Source: Macrostomum lignano | Lineage: Eukaryota | Direction of reading: 5' to 3' | Assembly: GCA_002269645.1 (NCBI GenBank) | Contig: NIVC01001131.1 | Coordinates: 124,001-188,000 of the forward strand | DNA: 64,000 nucleotides | Shown here: one piece after another, positions 46,780 to 59,412 of the stretch | How the letters are laid out: every line of letters begins with the position of its first letter | How positions within the stretch are numbered: position 1 is the first letter of the stretch | The notes under the pieces: model-generated | The model's input: the letters and a program-made list of their open reading frames with translations, nothing else | What the model was told of the DNA's origin: nothing | Database searches by the model: none | Translations under genes and position numbers: made by a program

Positions 46780-49700
46780 GTGTTCATATGTGCATCGAAA
46801 AATTTTGTTTCTTGCTAACTGCTCCTATGGGGAGGTGGATGACGTAATCAAGATAGGGTTTTGGTTGAAGGAGACTCAATATATGAGTCTGTTCTGTGAA
46901 AATATCTGTTTGTACACTGAAATTGGAGAGGGGGGGTCGGAATTCCGTGACAGTTAGAAATGGTAAGGTCAGAGAGACAGGGACGAGTGGTTCTGTTCGA
47001 TGGGTCTGTGCTGTGAAGACGAGTCTAATGACAATTGGGTGTTGGGTGTTTTGCCAATTTCAGTATACTAAACTTGTCTAACTGATTGTCTCATAAGCCA
47101 CTTTTCTCAGTGGGTTCAGAAGGAGAGAGAGAGTTTGGGAGAGACAGTTTAAATTTCAATTGAAATCAACGGGCCGCTTTACCGACTGTATATGTTAAAA
47201 TTATTATAGCTAGGTTTATACAAACTGTACGTTTTAACCCAATATTCAAGAATAATCCCTTCCCTGACTTCTTGAGGGGCATTACACGTACCAAATACAC
47301 ACATTTGAATGATGAAACAGCATTTTGACGATTAATTTGTAAAAATTATGGTTTCTGCTGATGAAGTGATTGATTTTGTTCAAGAAAGTCTGCATTTTAA
47401 TGTTAAAAAGATTAAAAACTGTGAAAATTGGCCTTTTTAAACGAAAATGTGCAATTTATAGTAATTTAGCTTTCAATGAAAATGTCTTGGGTGGAATTCC
47501 AACTTGGGCAGGGGTGTGCATATGGAGATCAGTGTGTGACTCATTCCTGCTCGAAAGCTGTCTCTTGCCAACTTTGAAATCAGCATTTGGACAAATTAGC
47601 GGGTGAAATCATGGTTTTTGGGATGAAACTACAAAGTTTGATCAATTCGCATTTCGCATTTTAACGTTAGAAAATAATAAAACTGTGAAAATTGGCCTTT
47701 ATTAAACCAAAGAATGAGAAATTCTAAGAATTAGCTTTAAAAAACCATAGCTTTAGTGGAAATTGGACGGCTCGGGTAATCCGTGTGCGATTATAATTCC
47801 TGCTCAAAGCTGTCTCAGAGTTCCAGAAGTAGCATTTGTGATCATTTTGTGTTAAAATTGTGGTTTTTAGTGATGAAACTACTGATTTTGATCAATAAAG
47901 TCTGCATTTTAATGTAAAAAATGCGTAAAAACTGTGAAAAATTGTATTTTCTTATGAAAAATGCTCATTTCTAGCAATTTAGGCTTCAATAGCCATTTCT
48001 TTGGTTGATTCTGGGCTGGCCCAGCTGGCTGGATGTTCGTGCGGGGTTCATTCTTGCTTCAAAGCTGTCTAAGGTCAAGTTGAAAACGACATTTGGACAA
48101 ATTAGCTGTTGAAGTAGCTATGGTTTCTAATGATGAAACTACTGATTTGGATCAATAAAGTCTACATTTTAACGTTAAAATCGTTAAAAACTGTGAAAAT
48201 TGTATTTTCTTATGAAAAATGCTCATTTCTAGTCATTTAGCTTTCAAAATAACCAAATTTCTTGTTTAAAATTCCAACTTGACTTTGTATATGGAGAGGT
48301 CAGTGCATGATTCATTCCTGCTTCGAACAGATTAAACCATCTCAGGACCAAGTGTAGTGTGAGCATCTTTTGCGATAGCCTTGTATTCTATTAGTTAGGT
48401 TTTGCATTATTGTTATTGAATTGTTATTTTGCTTTAGTTTAGTCATGCGTTTTTGGTGTACTTTTTTCTTGTTAGTTAGGGTTTATTTTGCGTAAACAGG
48501 CTAGAAGTCAGACGTGAGAAGTGAGACTCAGCGGAGGGTTGAGTTCTCTGCGAACCCCAGCTTTGCGCGGTCAGCCAATCAGAACCGGCCTGGACCCTGG
48601 CACGCGGCAAGTTCCAGTTCTACCCGGCGCCGCGGGCACAGTGCAATTCGGCTTAAGCAAGCGGCCGGCCAGACGACCACCGCCCGGCTTGAGGGGGGTT
48701 TCGAGGGGTTGTGACTCTGACTATATATGAAAGTGTGTTTGGCAATCAGATCTCACTTTTTCCCTTCTCTTTCCTGCTCCGTCCCCGGTTTTGGTTTGTG
48801 TTCCAGCTTCCCGGCCGGTGGCCTGTTCCCTTTGGTTCGCGCTTTGAGGCGTTTTGATTTCGTCACCCCGGTCCATACTTTGTTCCCCGCCCAACCGCTT
48901 CAGTCTTGTGGCGTAACGTCTACGGCAAATTCCTGTCTGAAGTCGTCGCTGTCAAGCGCGGTAAGATAGAGACTGTCGGATCTGATCAAGTACGCGGCCT
49001 CGACCCCGAGGGCCTCAGTGTCACACTGAAGGGCAGTGCCGATAGAATTTAGTCGGTACTCCGTTGAACGGTCGGTTCGGCAGGGCTCTCGTTCGAGTGT
49101 AGGTTCTGGTTTAGGCCAGGGGTTAGGAGTCTTCTCCGTGGTCGTGTTCGGTTCTTCTTCCTCTTCTTCTTCAGCTGAGATGTGCTTGCCAGTTGCGTAA
49201 TCTAATTATTATTATTATTAACCGTTATCGTCGTTTTGTCAACTCTAGTTATCTGCGCCGCTTTGAATTTGAATCTTGTAACTTGAAGAAATCAAATTAA
49301 ATCGTCTAGCCAATTATCAGTTTGTATCATATAGGATCATCACTCTCTAAATCTTTCGGTTTGTGTTCCCTCGTGTTCTTTCTTTTCTTGTACTGTACCT
49401 GCGGCTATTGGAGAAAGACTGGTAGGACTCGCCGACCGGCGATAGGCGATTAGGATTAATAGCTTTAAAATCTCCGAACGCTCCAAGTAGGTTTGTCTAG
49501 GGCCTAACTAATTGCTTACCGTGCATGCTATTTATCTAATTGCCTATTCATCACACAAGTCTGAAAGCTTGAAGTAAATAAGGGCAGGAGAGGCGTGGCG
49601 GAGGTAGAATTGCATATTTAAATATGTGGACTTCACTACTTCTAGTATAACGCAAGGGTAAGAGACAATATGCAAAAGTGTTAGAATCAAGTATAATATC

Positions 49701-50015
49701 AGAATTGCATTGCGGTGGAGACACTGATTCATAGGCTGTGTACATTGACAGATGCAGGGGTATTGAGTCGATGCAGGTGGAGGTTGACTCGGATTTGCTC
49801 AGATTCGCGGGGTTGATATGTGCATTAAAAGTTAGTTTCTTGCTAACTGGGGCGGCATGGATGACGTAATTGGAGAAGAGGGGTTTTGCTGAATGAGGTT
49901 TAATATAGGGTCTGTGCTGTGAAAAGATCTGTTTGTACACTAAAAATGGGGAGAGGGGTCGGAAATCCGGCAATTTAGAAGGGTGACAGAGAGAACAGGG
50001 ACGAGTGGTTCAATT
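46780..50015. repeat. Two diverged direct copies (~46780-47000 and ~49810-50015) of an unidentified repeat remnant
   Basis: Shared blocks tttcttgctaactg, ggatgacgtaat, ctgtgaaaa.atctgtttgtacact, acagggacgagtggtt. Confidence 0.6.
47330..48330. repeat. Four imperfect tandem copies of a ~255-265 bp AT-rich unit
   Basis: tggtttt..gatgaaactactgattt.gatcaataaagtctgcatttt...aaaactgtgaaaattg recurs at ~47349, 47612, 47860 and 48121. Confidence 0.75.
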
Positions 50016-51215
50016 CGATTTGCTATATAGGGTCTGCTGACCATTGAAGGGTGGCTGTTTTCGAACAGTCTTGGGGTTGATTTTGAATATGGCCGGAGAT
50101 AAAGGGTGATTCAACATGCAACATATTCGATTCCATGGTGTACACCAGCGTCAGTGGCATATTTTGCGGATTAAAGCGCGACAAGGGGTCTTGGATCATC
50201 CGCCCTGTCAAATAGATATATTGTATAAAACATTGCTTTCACAGTCTTGAATTTAGAGGCCAACTAAATAAATATATACGTATCAAAGCTCGGCCGGCTT
50301 TTTGTGTAAATATATATATATATATATATATACGTCTTTTGAAAACTTATTTGACTCGGGGAGAGGCGTTGGGAATGACGGAATGACGTATTTGTCCTGG
50401 AGTGGTGACGAGGGCTGAATTCTAGAGGGATGAAGTATGGAAGGAGTGGATATAACAGTGTGGACAGCGATTTTTGGCTGACTCATGCCTCCTCCGCCAA
50501 GTTTGGGGGGGGGTGGGCGACGGTTTCTGCGTACTGTTTGCTTTTTGAGGGTCAGCAGAATATGAAGAATTAATTCTTGGATGTGCGGACCACTTTGCAA
50601 ATTTTGGAGTATAATATGGGTGGGTGGGCGCTTCTGCATGTTCTCTGTTTCAACTATATAAATGAAAATAAAATAAACATGATATCAGCTTTTTCAATAT
50701 AAAAAGGTAAAATTATGAATGCAAAAATTTTCAGTAAGAATCTCGACTTTTAAACTCTACTAACGGTAGTATAGCGTAATCAGTTACATTTGGTTTTGGG
50801 TAATTGACATATAAATATGCATACATGACTCATTTGGCAGTAGATGATGTTGTACAGTTGGCGCACACACACCAACCCACCTCTGCAATATATATACTGA
50901 GCTGTACACGTAACAATTAGTGTTTCGAGTTGGAATTGTACATATAATCTTGTGGGGTTGACGATTCAAATACGCAAGAGCGGAGGCCGTCGTGTAGATT
51001 GGGGATTCATGTAGACACTGTACATATACAATTTGAGATAGATAAGGATTAATGCAGTATATGGGATTAATGTACAAATACGAGTACATATTGCTATGTA
51101 TATCACGCTTAGGATAGCGTTTTCATATACTACTTACTTCATTTTCAGATAGTAGTATAATTTGCGTTTTTCGCGTCAAAATTCTGAAAACCCAGCTCTA
51201 TCTACGCGTTACGTA

Positions 51216-51583
51216 GTACCGGACGTTTCGTCAACCGGCATTTCGTCAACCGGCATTTCGTCAACCGGCATTTCGTCAACCGGCATTTCGTCAACCGGCA
51301 TTTCGTCAACCGGCATTTCGTCAAACAGACATTACGGCAACTTAGCAAATTGTAGCGGATTATTATTATAGCTGCACCAGCCAGAGAAGGCAATGAGTTG
51401 GTAATGCATGCGATTTCAAATTTGTTTAAAACGTGTACAATTCTTGGAAAGTAAATTTTCGTAGAAACGTTCGTTCCTCAATGGTGTCGCAATACTCGTA
51501 CCATGGTGCGTGGATTGAATCGAATGTCCGGTTGCCGTAATGTCTCGTTGACGAAATACCAGTTGACGAAACGTCTTGGAACC
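51216..51583. mobile_element. MITE/foldback-like element with tandem 15-mers (tttcgtcaaccggca) in its inverted ends
   Basis: Left arm gacgtttcgtcaac...cagacattacggcaac (51222-51341) is inverted at 51531-51575 (gttgccgtaatgtc...gttgacgaaacgtc). About 7 subrepeats on the left, 2 on the right. No TSD seen. Confidence 0.7.
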
Positions 51584-53888
51584 AAATGATTGCACTATCC
51601 ATACGTTGCGTACACTGTGCATGTACATGTAACTGCATCCAAGGGCGTAAAAAACATTAATTAAGTACTTATAAGTCACCCTTGACATGAATGGTATAGC
51701 TAATTTCTTCATATATATATATATATATATATCGGTACCTACGTAGGCATACATGTATGACAGCAGCGTCGATTGTACAAATTATATAATTTACTCGTTT
51801 TACACGTACCTCTCTTCACCCTTGTCTGCATATACGAGTGTACGCTCTCTAGATAGGTTTGCCGGTACGAGACATGATCTATAAATAAATAGGCGCCCAG
51901 CAGAAGTGTAAAAATACAGTATAATTTTTGCTAAAAATCGGCTGAAATTTGGCGTAGGTAAGTACTTACATAAATTAAATTTACACTGCATCGACATCGT
52001 ACGAATACTGCATGGCCGCGTCTGCCCAGACGACGAAATGTTTGTAGATAAATGCTTGTACTCGTATATATCCATATACATGTACGTGAGCTACATGCAT
52101 ACGCGAGTATAGCTACAAGTACAAGTAACTCGATAATACTTTTATCTGCCTAAGCCAACGCAATAATTACATACATAATGATGAAAGACTGACAGCAGAT
52201 GTCCTATGTCATGCATTTAAATTACTCCCAATTATTTGGGTTTGGTGAACTTTCAATCACAGTAATGTTAAATTACAAAATAATTTAGGCTCGTTTGTGT
52301 TATAAAGTGGAGAACTTCAAGTAAGAAGCTTTCGATTATTTTAAAATTGCATCAAGGATCTGCTGTAGCAGTAACATCCCCACGCGCACTCAATGAACCG
52401 GAAATCTGTGTTCTGTCAGACAATAAATACACAGGCACAGCCGCCTTCTACTCCTCCACCTTTTTGAGTGGCTAACCAACACTCGCAAACACCAGCTGGA
52501 GTTGCTCGCTACACTAGCTTTGTGCGAACTTTGATCTTGTATACGGGGTCAGGATCAAGCGAGTCAATTTATCAAACCAGAGCAGTTTAGTTATCAAAAA
52601 TGTTTTCAGTTTAGTGTACTCCGTATAAACAATTTCCCATTCAATTAAAAAAACTCGCATTCTTCGGGTTCTTCGAACATCTCCTCGGTGCTCATTCTTC
52701 TTCTTATTTGTTATATTCTTTTAAAGATGAATTCAGTGTACGCACTCAGTTCAAAGAGGGATGCCATATAGAGAGCACAGACAGTTGCTGTATTTTTTGT
52801 TAGCTTTAAAAGTGTCCGATAAAGGGGTCCGCTCTGTTACAGTACACTAGAAAAAATGCGCACCAACAATATTGTGCAGAAATTGAATGCAGCATGCCGA
52901 AATTGAATAGGAAGTCTGCATGCATGAACAAGTTTTATCCGTAGACAGAATGAACGCCCTTACTACAAAGAAAGGATATCCGATTGCCGAAGTTGAATGG
53001 ATCCATACCGAATTCATATGACGGTTGAAGTAGCTAAATTTGGAAGGATGAAATTAAATGTCATTTTTCCGAAACAGAATGCGAGTTTTGTTGACATTGA
53101 ACAGAAAAAAGTGTACTAGCAGTCAGAACTTGCTAAGGGCGAGGAAACGGAGGGTGAAAGAAAGGAACGCAAAGCATCTTCCTTTAAAGTCTTACGCGTG
53201 GGCTTGACTTGACTTGGCTCCGCGGGCATCCGGATACAGCGAGGAGGCGTTGCCGCCCATTCTGCTAACCCCTGGCGACCACAGGCAGCTGCAGTGCTGC
53301 GGTGTCGCGCATGGAGACCCGGTGGTGCCGGTGTCCACAGCGTGGTCCCCCTCTTGAGAGTCCAGAAGTTGATGGTCGCTCACCCGCAGTAGCCCATAGG
53401 TAGTGTGGACGAGTTGGCTGAATTCTCGGAACTGAAAACGTCGTAAGGGCTGGGTTTGAGCCGAGTTAGGTGAGCCTGTCTTGAGTAATGACCGCGCATT
53501 TAAAGATGGCTTGCTCCATATTCTCAACTCAGGCGGAGATACAGAAAGCGAATTCCCTCGCCTAGAGGGGATATTTCCAAGCAGAGCTCTGCAGAGGGCG
53601 GGGGGGGAGGCGGAGACAGCCGCGCGGGAAACTGCCGTCAGTCGGGGGTGTTAGCCCAACTAGCTCGTACTTACAAGAGAGCTGATACTTTATTTGCAAA
53701 TATCGATCGATCAGTCCATCAATCTTTCATTTGAATATCATGGCGCCTATTTCTGATCTATTTCTTTCAAAAATGCGGGCCATGTCTATGGCCAAGCCTA
53801 CACGCCGCTCATTCAGCCAAGGCATTTCGATTTTCAGATACACACTTTGATTGTAACACATGCACTGAAGTTCAACGGACATTGAAAA

Positions 53889-56800
53889 ATGCATCACGGT
53901 GGTTGGATGAGACTGTTAAGTCTTCGCATGCCAGGATCGCTGCTTCTACAACTTCTGTTACTGCTATTTTCCTGCGAAATCCATGCAACACTTGAACGTG
54001 GTACATTTGTGTCACGGGAAGAATATTATCGTAGAATTAATGCAGATAACACAAACGAAGGTAAGATTCACACGTTGATCTAGCTAATTAAATTCACATT
54101 TCCTATCTGTTCCAATGTATACGCTATGGCACTAGTGAGAGCATTTTGATACTAAAATTGTTTGTCCAACTGTCTGGCTCTGTTGCACAATAAGACTTAT
54201 CAGATCCTCAGTTGCTTGGCCAGCCTCCCAGATCCTCAGTTGTTGGGCCAGCCTCCCAGATCCTCAGTTGCTGGGCCAGCCTCCTAGATCCTCAGTTGCT
54301 GGGCCAGCCTCCCAGATCCTCAGTTGCTGGGCCAGCCTCCCAGATCCTCAGTTGCTGGGCCAACCTCCCAGATCCTCAGTTGCCGGGCCAGCCTCCCAGA
54401 TCCTCACTTTCGCCGAAAATACACTACGGAGATAGGAAGTTTTCATTTATTCGGAACAAAAATTGTTATTTCTTTCGATAGGAGGCAGACCCAATGTTCA
54501 TCTTTTGATATGTTGTACATTTCTTATAGCTCTATTGATATTGATCCTAAAGCTTCTTGTTTATAAAATTAGGATTCTATGTTATTTTTTCATTCTACGT
54601 ACATTATCTGGACCTAAAAATCATAAAAATGCACAGCTAGAATCTTTGGTTTTATGATTATCATCTCTGTTACACAAATTGTTACACAATCAGCTAGGAA
54701 TAACAAAATATATTCATAAAATCCATGAGCTAAGCCGTGCCTTTTTCTTTTCAATGGTTTTTAGGTACAGGACATGCAATTGTACGTAGAATAAGAAATT
54801 AACACAGAATAAAAAAGCAAAAATCAAAATAGTAAAAAGGATGAACATTGGGTCCGTCTCCTATCGAAAGCAATAACAACTTTTGTGCTAAAAAAACGAA
54901 AATTTCCCATTTCAGTCAGTGTTTTGTTCGGCGAAAAGTGGCCTTCAAAACATTTTACATAGATTTCCACAGAGGCCCACCCTCCAGATCCTTGGGTAAA
55001 AAGTAATGATTAATTAAAAGTAGTAAATATTTTGTACATGTAGCAAAACCACTTGATCGCGCTTTGCAGAGCGTCTGTATCTGGAGAATTGCGCTCAGAG
55101 CTCGGACACTGGCCACTGCAGTCTCGCTATTGACAACCAGATCATACAAGAGTGGACTCAGTGCTCGTCTACGGCTTCAGAGACGCAACCTTGGTGGAAT
55201 GTAATAAATTTAATTATAGTTAGCCTATGCGTGTTGAAACGGGTTGAAACGCACGGCATCCCGCGCGCTGCGATTATCTATGGCCGACTTCCATAAGTAA
55301 AAAGCCTCGTATGCATTTAAGTATCTAGTTAATGTTTCTACAACTTGTAGATTTTGAATCAGGGGTCGGCAAACTTTTTTACCGTAAGGCCCAGATAGAG
55401 AACCTAGCGCATGACTGTGGGCTAGAGGATGGGACAGAGGAGAGACAATTGAGAAGAGAAATAGGAGAAAAGAGAAGAGGGAATAAAAGAGACGAGAGGA
55501 GAGAAGAGATAAAGTAGGAGAGAAGAGAGGAGAGGAGAGAAGGAGAGGAGAGGAGAGGAGAGGAGAGGAGAGGAGAGGAGAGGAGTGGAGAAGAGAGGAG
55601 AGGAAAGGAGAGGAGAGGAGAGGAGAGGAGAGGAGAGGAGAGGAGAGGAGAGGAGAGGAGAGGAGAGGAGAGGAGTGGAGAAGAGAGGAGAGGAGTGGAG
55701 AAGAGAGGAGAGGAAAGGAGAGGAGAGGAGAGGAGAGGAGAGGAGAGGAGAGGAGAGGAGAGGAGAGGAGAGGAGAGGAGAGGAGAGGAGAGGAGAGGAG
55801 AGGAGAGGAGAGGAGAGGAGAGGAGTGGAGAAGAGAGGAGAGGAAAGGAGAGGAGAGGAGAGGAGAGGAGAGGAGAGGAGAGGAGAGGAGAGGAGAGGAG
55901 AGGAGAGGAGAGGAGAGGAGAAGAAAGGAGAGGAGAGGAGAGGAGAGGAGAGGAGAGGAGAAGAGAGAGGTGACAGAGGAGAGCAGAAAAGAGACACAAA
56001 CCCTGAGCATTGCTACTGTGAAGCTTCAAAGGACCCGAGGGCCGGAGTTGGCCGACCCCAGCTCTAAATAATGCTTAGTATTATCAGTTACTTTTTTCAA
56101 TTCGCAAAATAAGGAGTTTTGGCCATAGAAATTTTTTAGATTTTGTTCTTTCTTTTTTTCTTTGTCTAGAGTGCTGGTGTGCTCAGCGCCCCCTCGACCC
56201 CGCTTTCTTTTGACTTTGCCATAGACATTTTCAGCGGGCCGTGAAACCAACTGAATGCATTGGAGTAAATGGGATTTTACCATAGACAGTCTCAACGGGC
56301 CGTAAAACGCGGTTTCACGCCCGCTAACTACGAGTATAATACTAATATGGATGGGCCGCATCGGGGAGAAACGAGCTGACACTCCTCGGTGTCATAGCTC
56401 GTTTCTGCCCTCTGCAGCCCATCAATATTGGTATATTATACTGTCCGTCAAAAGTTCCGGAACCCTTGCTACGATGTCTTCTAGCGGACATAATTTCAGT
56501 CCGTTTCAATTGTAACTTGATTCAAATGAAAGCTGCGGATCTCAGCTCCATGATGTGGTCAAGAAAAAGTTTATTCGAAGGAGCGCGTGTGAACAGGCCA
56601 GTGTTATGTACATAAAGGTTAGAGAAAAAAAGTGAGGAAAAGACAAACAAGCAATTGTCTATGGTTGCTGAGTCTATGGAGCAAACAAGTACAAGTACAA
56701 GTTATTAAGATAGAACAGGCAATTCATCTACATAAGAGATACCTGCGCACACCATCCGCATTGACTCATGTACTATACATTGGCTTCATTGTGCTACACC

Positions 56801-59412
56801 CAACAAAACCCATTTCCAGGCTTTCTTGGAAACGCCAGCTTACGTATCTAAAGTGGTAATTCACACCGCGCCTCTACCTGACGCGGCAATGCAAAGCGCT
56901 CTCAACCAATTTATCATTTATGCTGGCGGAACAGCTTGCTACAGGCATAATGCAGCTGCTTCATTCTCCAGTCGATCGTTTCCGTGCGACGTGTTCACCG
57001 ATTTCATCGAGTTGAGCAGCGATAGAAAGGATGCCGTAATGTCCCTTTGCGAAGTTGAAGTCTATGGAAAGGCGCTTGCGTTCCAGGAACTCGAAAATGG
57101 AGCTGCGTAAGTTTAGGGAATTGCTCACGATTCCGTGAAATAGTGGACTATGGACGACTAAATTGCACGCCATACACTGGCAACTGGCAAGACAGAAAAA
57201 TTCCATTCTAAGTCGGATATTTCACTCATGCAGTTTTTAGGATTAGCACATATACTCAGCAACATTGAAAAGTCGCCTCTCTATTGGCCTGTGAGAAATT
57301 TCTCTTAGACTATTCTGAAATAAAAGATGCGAGAAACTGATCGGGGTAGCTTTAATCCGTCCAACAAAACCCTCGCACACCGCTCCCCCCACGTCATTCC
57401 TCAACTCAAGTCTGCCGCGACGTAGCTAAGTTGCTTTCTTTCTTTCTTAGCTAAGAGTTTCTTTGAGTTTGATTCACATTCACACTATAGAGCTTTTTTC
57501 AAGAAATTCTACTGAAGATGGGGAAGCACGTAAATGACATGAAAGTTTATGTTGTTCCTATCTACCTCGTACCTAGTGTATTTTTCTCTCTAGTCTGCTT
57601 TTCTTTATAAAATTCGCATATAGTGGGACGTCTACCTGTTGTAAAGTTGATGGATATAGCGATGAATAAATATTTATGTACAGCCTTTTGATCGCAGATC
57701 AGTATTAAATAGTTAGTGTTTTAACGGTTCCTTGTTTTGGCTGTTTATATACATTTTCAACTTCGAATTTCTCAAAAGTGTGAATTCGACGAAGTGAGTG
57801 AAATGTGTCACTTTGTATTTACTTGGAGCTTTGGGCGCTGTGTATTGAAAATGTAAAAATGCACACACAGCGGAAATGGGAATGAAGATCAACAAAAAAA
57901 ACTGAAGAACCGTCACCTAAGTAAGTCAAGGCTAGTCGAAATGAAAAGTTTGTAGTACTCGTATTTTGACACGAAGCATCAATCCAAAATGTCCGTGTCC
58001 ATCATATACTCGTAGCACTAGGATTAGCTGCGTCCATGCCTGACGAATTCGAAGTTGAAAAGGTATTTACACTACTTAGCTTAACAATACTACACCTTTT
58101 CACGTTCAGTTTTGATCAAAGTCGGGTTCTAAAAAACTAGCGAAAATTCTATTCATGCTGGGGAAACGCTTGCGGAAAATCAATAAAAAAATGCCAATTC
58201 AAAACAGACAGAGTTTGTTTTTAAAGATTATGCATTCGAACAAAAAATGAACACAACTTTTAGTGAATAAGTATATAGGATCGAATCTATTAGTACATGT
58301 ACATTAGTACATTAGTACATTTGATGCAGAATGAGAATTATCACTCTTCATAGTTTATAATTTCAACGATTTGCTTTCTAAGATTTGTCGTCTATTTGAA
58401 ACAGTAGACACCCGCAATAATCTTTTTAGCGAAATCGCGTTAAACTATTGCTCATCATCAGTCGACTGGCAGTTAAACATCTGTAAGCATGCTTTTGACC
58501 GCAACTTTGCCGTATTCAATGGCGAACATGGTAAAAAGTGCCTTGACATCCCGAGCGACAAATCTGCAGAAGAAGCTTGGATGCGCGCCTACTTCAAAGA
58601 GTCGGCCCTTGTAAAACACGTCAAGCTCTTCAACCGGATGGACAAATGCTGTAAAAATAGTCTGAACCACTTTACTCTTCACATTAATTACTATAAATGC
58701 TTAGAACACAATGATGCAAATCCATTTGTTACGAAGATCTTTAACTGCACGCGGTTCGGCCATCACGTGCAAGTGGTCTCGGTACCCGGTGCGGGCCTAC
58801 ATCTGTGCCAATTGCAGGTTTTCGGCTACTCAACATTGCTGCGTCCGACTGAGCTACAAAGTGAGTTCTGCTTTACAAGTAGCTCGTGTTTTGCGTGTGT
58901 CGCAGAGTATGGTGCGGATCCACAACTGGACTCTCGGGGCTTGAGAAAAGCGCCTTTACAGGGTAGAGACCTCTTACAGAAAAGTGTCAACTTATTTAAG
59001 GTTGACCAGCCAAACTGCAGTCTCAGTGATGGCAAACAAGCGCAGACATTTACATTTATTCAGTATTTAATTAATTAAGTAAAACAAAGTTTTTATTTGT
59101 TATTTTATGATATCCAAACCAACTTCCCAATCAGAATATATAGGGTGCTACAAGGACAATCCAAAGCAGCCGGACCTTGAGCAATTGGTATCGCTAACGT
59201 TTATGTCGATTTCAAAATGCCATAGGATGTGTAAACGCCTAAATAAGCTCTATTTTGGACTGCAAAATGGTCGATTGTGCTATTGCGGCAACAAGTTTGG
59301 CAGATATGGCGAAGCAAAGGAACCGAAAGCCTGCGATAAACGGTGCATCTATAGCAAGTCCAAACGGTGCGGCGGTCACTATCAGAATAGCGTCTACGAG
59401 ATTATTCTGTAA
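53889..59412 (+). CDS. Lectin gene AB copy 2 (complete): signal peptide-FTLD-FTLD-WSC, 432 aa; exons 53889-54060, 55070-55200, 56820-57106, 58430-58860, 59135-59412
   Basis: All junctions GT-AG; exon lengths 172+131+287+431+278 = 1299 nt, phases 1,0,2,1, open through to TAA; hydrophobic SLLLQLLLLLFSCEIHA leader; exons 1-2 are paralogous to gene C exons 1-2. Confidence 0.82.
54197..54406. repeat. Intronic minisatellite, 28 bp (agatcctcagttgctgggccagcctccc)
   Basis: About 7.5 near-identical copies. Confidence 0.95.
55360..56061. mobile_element. hAT (Charlie-like) MITE containing an (AGGAG)n tract (~55520-55965)
   Basis: Ends caggggtcggcaaact and agttggccgaccccag (14/16 inverted match); 8-bp flanks ttttgaat and ctctaaat match 5/8. 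Confidence 0.7.

Noticed and set aside
49551-50639. Degenerate LINE endonuclease
   Set aside because: Only vague resemblance; no convincing catalytic motifs or RT domain.
53192-53527. 111-aa ORF in a GC-rich patch
   Set aside because: No recognisable domain; left unassigned.
55225-56067. LSSPL and ERRGE repeat ORFs
   Set aside because: Translations of the (AGGAG)n microsatellite.
58371-59078. Single 235-aa ORF (and 41070-41666) as one exon
   Set aside because: Reads through a gtgagt donor; splicing gives an in-frame join to WSC, and the paralog is frameshifted in that intron.
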